From Phoronis australis (Eukaryota > Animalia > Phoronida), in NCBI GenBank assembly GCA_002633005.1, contig NMRA01000204.1, positions 128,260 through 192,259 on the forward strand: 64,000 bases of DNA. The letters run 5' to 3'. The notes below the pieces were generated by a model. The model did no database searches and had not been told where the DNA came from. It saw only the letters and a program-made list of their open reading frames with translations. Both the position numbers and the translations under genes were made by a program. Shown here piece after piece: positions 60,240-64,000 of the stretch. The stretch's first letter is position 1; every line of letters starts with the position of its first letter.

Positions 60240-60610
60240 TGCTGTTTGATGTCTAAGAGAAGCTGTGATTCAGCTTGGCAATGAAAGGGGTTCAAAAGTG
60301 GCTCAAAACTTTGCTCTATTGTTAGCCAGTTAACTGATCTGTCCTTGAAGTGGCCTGTGTCATGCCTTTGATCCAGTCCAGCATCAGAGGGATTAGTGAA
60401 GGACTTTAAGGGATTAGTGTTTAAGGTGTGCATCACATGCTGTCTGTCCTACCAGGAGGCCTAGTCCTGCTGGGCTGACAGTTAATCATGTCTGTAGTTA
60501 AAAGGATCTTTGAAGTAAACAGTCATAAAGGCTATGGGATAATCCTGATGTTTGAAGAAATTCATAATTTGTTAGGTGTTAGTCAATAGGTTCACTTTGT
60601 GTTTGAAGTG
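60240..60610. promoter_or_regulatory. Candidate TCF/LEF + K50-homeodomain (Otx-type) cis-regulatory module
   Basis: CCTTTGATC 60365, CTTTGAAG 60508, GTTTGAT/GTTTGAAG 60244, 60550, 60601; GGGATTA 60389 and 60410; TAATCC 60540. Confidence 0.55.
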
Positions 60611-62089
60611 GTGTGCAACTGTGAAGTAAGAAGTAAGGGCTTTTTTGTCTTTGTATTTTTGTTGTTAAATTTAAAGTTACTGTAACAAATAGTTAAAATA
60701 TGTGACAAATAATTGTTACTTTTTGAATTGTTAGTCAATAATTAAAATAAACGCTCTGTTTGTAGTGGTGTGCAACTGTGGAGTAATAATAATGCTGTTT
60801 TTGTTTTTATGTTTTCTTAATAATTGTTAAATTTAAAGTTAGGGCTAATGATTGGTTTTATAAAAATATTGAAAATAATGACAACTTATTGTTACTTTTT
60901 GAATTATGATACATCTTAAAAGTGATTGTGATCCTGTTGAATTGTGGAATTAGTGAAAGAGTTCATCTGATGTGTTAATGTGTTAAATCCGTGTCTTTCA
61001 ATCCTGCAGTATCCACAATACAAAAGTTGATAAAACAACTGTTGTCTATGGCCGATGTGTCGTACTCATGAATATTTACTTTGACATAACAAAGATTTCT
61101 TCTGAGTACTATTAATGACTCTTTATGAAAAATGAATTATATTCTTTTGTAAAGTAAGAATATCATTTACAATTACACTAGATTTGAATGAAAACGTACT
61201 TCAAAGTACTGGAACATAAAGTTGATGTAACAATGTGTTTTTTAAAAACTAGTTGCATATGGTTTGATGGCTTCATTTTTTTGACTAACAACTATGCAAC
61301 TACTTTGCGTGGTACCTTCTTTTTACTAATGATTTATCAACTTTTTGGGAGAAAGAAGTAAGTAATATTAAAAACAATATTAACAATTACTATTAAATGA
61401 TGAAATTATTTTCCAAATGCAAATTTAGTTGTTTACATGATTTACTATATTATGAATTAAATTAGAAAGTGTTAGTCATTATAAAAAACTGCTAATGCAT
61501 CATGAAGACACTGTAGCGTTGTTATGACTTCTTGTAATATTACAGTTATGTAACTAAGGCTGTCTACCTCATAGTTAATTAAGTAAATAATTATAATATA
61601 ACTTTCCGTGATCATTTGTTTCACTATGCCAGCGATACGCCTGCATTAAATTGATAAAAGTTTCTGTTGTGACAATTTTCGTAAGTAGCATTCTGTGTTC
61701 TAAGAAAGTTACACCGTGTTGTTTTAATACTTGTTAATGTAGTCATTTATAAATATTACAAATTGTCTGTTTTCTGTTTCATTGTTTAAAAAGACCTGAG
61801 CAGTTATGCATTTTGCCCAATCCCCCAAGAGTTCTATGCTGTAGTTCAAAGACTGAATTATTTAATGTCAAAGTACTGTACATGGTCAAAAAACAAATAT
61901 CGTAGATGTTTTTTCCTGGCCAAAAAGGCGTGTAATGTTTTTGTTTCGTGTCTTTTTTCGTACCTTTTTCTCGTGGTTCTTAAAATGCACAGTTTTTATG
62001 CTGAGTTATATTTTTGCAGTCTCGCCTCAAGTTAATGGATTTCTACTGTCTTTTATCTTCAAGGGTATATAAACTATAATTGTTTATGG

Positions 62090-62420
62090 TGGGAAGGGAG
62101 AGTGCTCAAAAGTTTGCCTTATTGTTGAATGAGTAAAGTATCTGTCCTGTAAGTGGCCCATGTCCTGCCTTTGATCCAATAGTTGAATCCAGGGATCTGT
62201 GAAAGATTAAGGGATCAGAGTTTGCATGTGACCATACCTGTGCAGGGTTATTGGCATGGACCTACTCCTGCTGGGCTGGCAGTTAATCCTGTCTATAGTT
62301 AAAGGAATCTTTGAAGTCATCATTCACACTGTGCTGTGGGGGTAATCTTGTTCTTTGAAGTATTCATCACTTTGGGTACGTGAATAAGACCAGTTGCTTT
62401 GATCTGGTTGTTTGAAGATA
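62090..62420. promoter_or_regulatory. Diverged duplicate of the homeobox upstream module
   Basis: Colinear with ~60285-60610 (aagtggcc..tgtc.tgcctttgatcca; tcctgctgggctg.cagttaatc.tgtct.tagttaaa.g.atctttgaagt). TCF sites at 62168, 62309, 62353, 62397; TAATCC at 62284. Confidence 0.7.
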
Positions 62421-62674
62421 TGAGTTATGTGGATTCCTTCTGAAATTTTAGATTAAATATGTCAAGGCAGGAATTGTTAAATGTTAAATTTAACCATAAT
62501 TGCTACTGATCAAAACCTTCTTCAAACTAAATTTTTTCCAGTCATTTGTTGCTTTTTAGCAAAAAATTAAAAATCATTAAAAAAATTGTTGCTTTTCAAA
62601 AAATTCTTTGCACCTTGAAAGTGATCGTCAGCCCGTTTAATTATGTCATAAAACAATCTATGGAGTGTTGAACT

Positions 62675-62919
62675 CAGGGCTTGGAATTTTCCTCTTTTAA
62701 ATTAACTACTTCCTCTTTTTTCGATTTCCTTTTGTTTGATTTCCAGTTTCCTCTTTTTTGTCTCTTTTTCATTATTTTGACTTCATTCATGACAAAACAT
62801 TTATTTCAGTTAAATTTTACAACACAAAAAATTCTATCACAAAAGCCTATTTATTTGTGGAATGATACATCACCTGGAAAGTTTTCCTCTTTTTTTGTCA
62901 TTCATCATTCCAAGCCTTG
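62675..62919. mobile_element. MITE with CAGGGCTTGGAAT TIRs (different interior)
   Basis: CAGGGCTTGGAAT ... ATTCCAAGCCTTG. Confidence 0.75.
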
Positions 62920-63032
62920 CAAACTAAAACTTTAATCCGTGATCAGATATGTTAACACTTTGATGTGTGTCATCCGATCCTCAGGGATTTACAATAGAGG
63001 GAATTTAAATTCCGCCAATATGTGATTACTTT

Positions 63033-63560
63033 TCAAAAACACTCGTGAATGAGCCTTTTATTTACGCCACTGAGCATTTGGTTCATTTTACGTAGTATAT
63101 TCCTAGTTTTTGAACAGTTCATACAAAAAATGGTGATGTGAACGCAGTTTATTCCAATGCGTTTAGTAAAGTGCTGGACGTTAGGAACGAAGCTATACTC
63201 GAGGAAATGCTTTGAAGTTATCTTGGATTTGTCCTCTTGACATACTAAGTGCAAGATTTCTTTCATCCTCTGAAGAGTTGTATTTGCTAATGATATATAT
63301 AGTCACGGAGGGAAATGTTTCTAGGAAAGACAGCCTGTAATGTTATTGTTATTGTCATTATTAACCTTTCGCCTGTGCTGGCTGTACCTATTGGTTCTCA
63401 CTGCTGCCTGTACTGGCTGGGGTTACTGGTTCTTACAGAATCACCAAGGGCTGTGAATGCATGCTCTAATCTCAGTCCGTTTCCTTCTTCATTTTGATCT
63501 CTGATGTCATTTTCACGGAGTAAGCGAAATAGTTGATCTTGGTTGAAGGTTTTCTACCAA
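63033..63560 (-). pseudogene. Decayed paralog of the nested TALE homeobox gene
   Basis: Colinear motif remnants with stops and frameshifts: LFRLLRE..ALGDS (cf. MFRELRD..TLGDS), YRQQ*EPI (cf. YTQQCQTI), YH*QIQL/QRMKEILHLV (cf. YDNQQHQLMTRIKESLNLI), W.....HHHF (cf. W.....YHPY), NQML..VNKRL (cf. KQVRKWFSNKRL). Confidence 0.6.
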
Positions 63561-64000
63561 ACCTTCAGAATTTGAAGGTGATAATACGTAGTGGAACCCT
63601 ATTCTTTTCTGGTGAAGCAACACACGATAGGCTTTGATGTTTTATAATTTAGAATTAATTTGCGCGACGTCAGTTTTGATTTCCAAATAACCATTACTCG
63701 TTCACTTTTTGAGTGAAGTTAATAGCTGAAGCTTTGATTGGCCTGCAGTATTCTGATTGGATTATGCGTGCTTAATATCGCTTTATGATCGCCCTAGTGA
63801 TCTCATCTTAAAGTGGAAGTGTAAACAGTTATATTTTGATGCTTGAGTATGCAGGCTTGAAATGGTCGATTAAGTTCTTTCGAAATATGCTATGGTGGAA
63901 AATCTTGTAACTTGAGGTCACATTTGTCAGGTGGGAAGATCTGATGTTTGCTGCATGGAACATTTCAGTTCATGCTCAAGTTGGTCAGCCCTGATGTCTG

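Noticed and set aside
61800-61900. Remnant of homeobox N-terminus (VF*PC resembling IFRPW) below the duplicated upstream module
   Set aside because: Too short and degenerate to distinguish from chance, so not called a pseudogene.

Overview
AT-rich, intron-rich animal genomic DNA with an N gap and many transposon remnants. A marine invertebrate is my inference; the taxon cannot be fixed from the sequence. Two spliced genes are divergently oriented. The first is a complete 5-coding-exon GRB2/Drk-family SH3-SH2-SH3 adaptor (minus, 14372->4828, 216 aa). The second is the 5' part of an OFD1 centriolar gene (plus, 38437->58337, 20 coding exons, 687 codons, no stop reached). Inside the open OFD1 intron, on the opposite strand, lies an intact intronless TALE-class homeobox gene (59279-60106). 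It has an N-terminal FRPW motif, a PADRE/SPILE-like helical domain, a TATA+Inr promoter and a TCF/Otx-site-rich upstream module. That module is duplicated at ~62.1-62.4 kb, and a decayed paralog lies at ~63.0-63.6 kb, suggesting a nested, turning-over homeobox mini-cluster. Between GRB2 and OFD1 lie a fossil hAT transposon inside a GC-rich minisatellite, a probable haplotype duplication around the gap, and an unexplained ~10.7 kb tandem array of about 7 diverged, variably deleted units with hints of former coding capacity. Exon structures were derived by hand from GT-AG sites and frame continuity; family assignments are from recall, not database searches.
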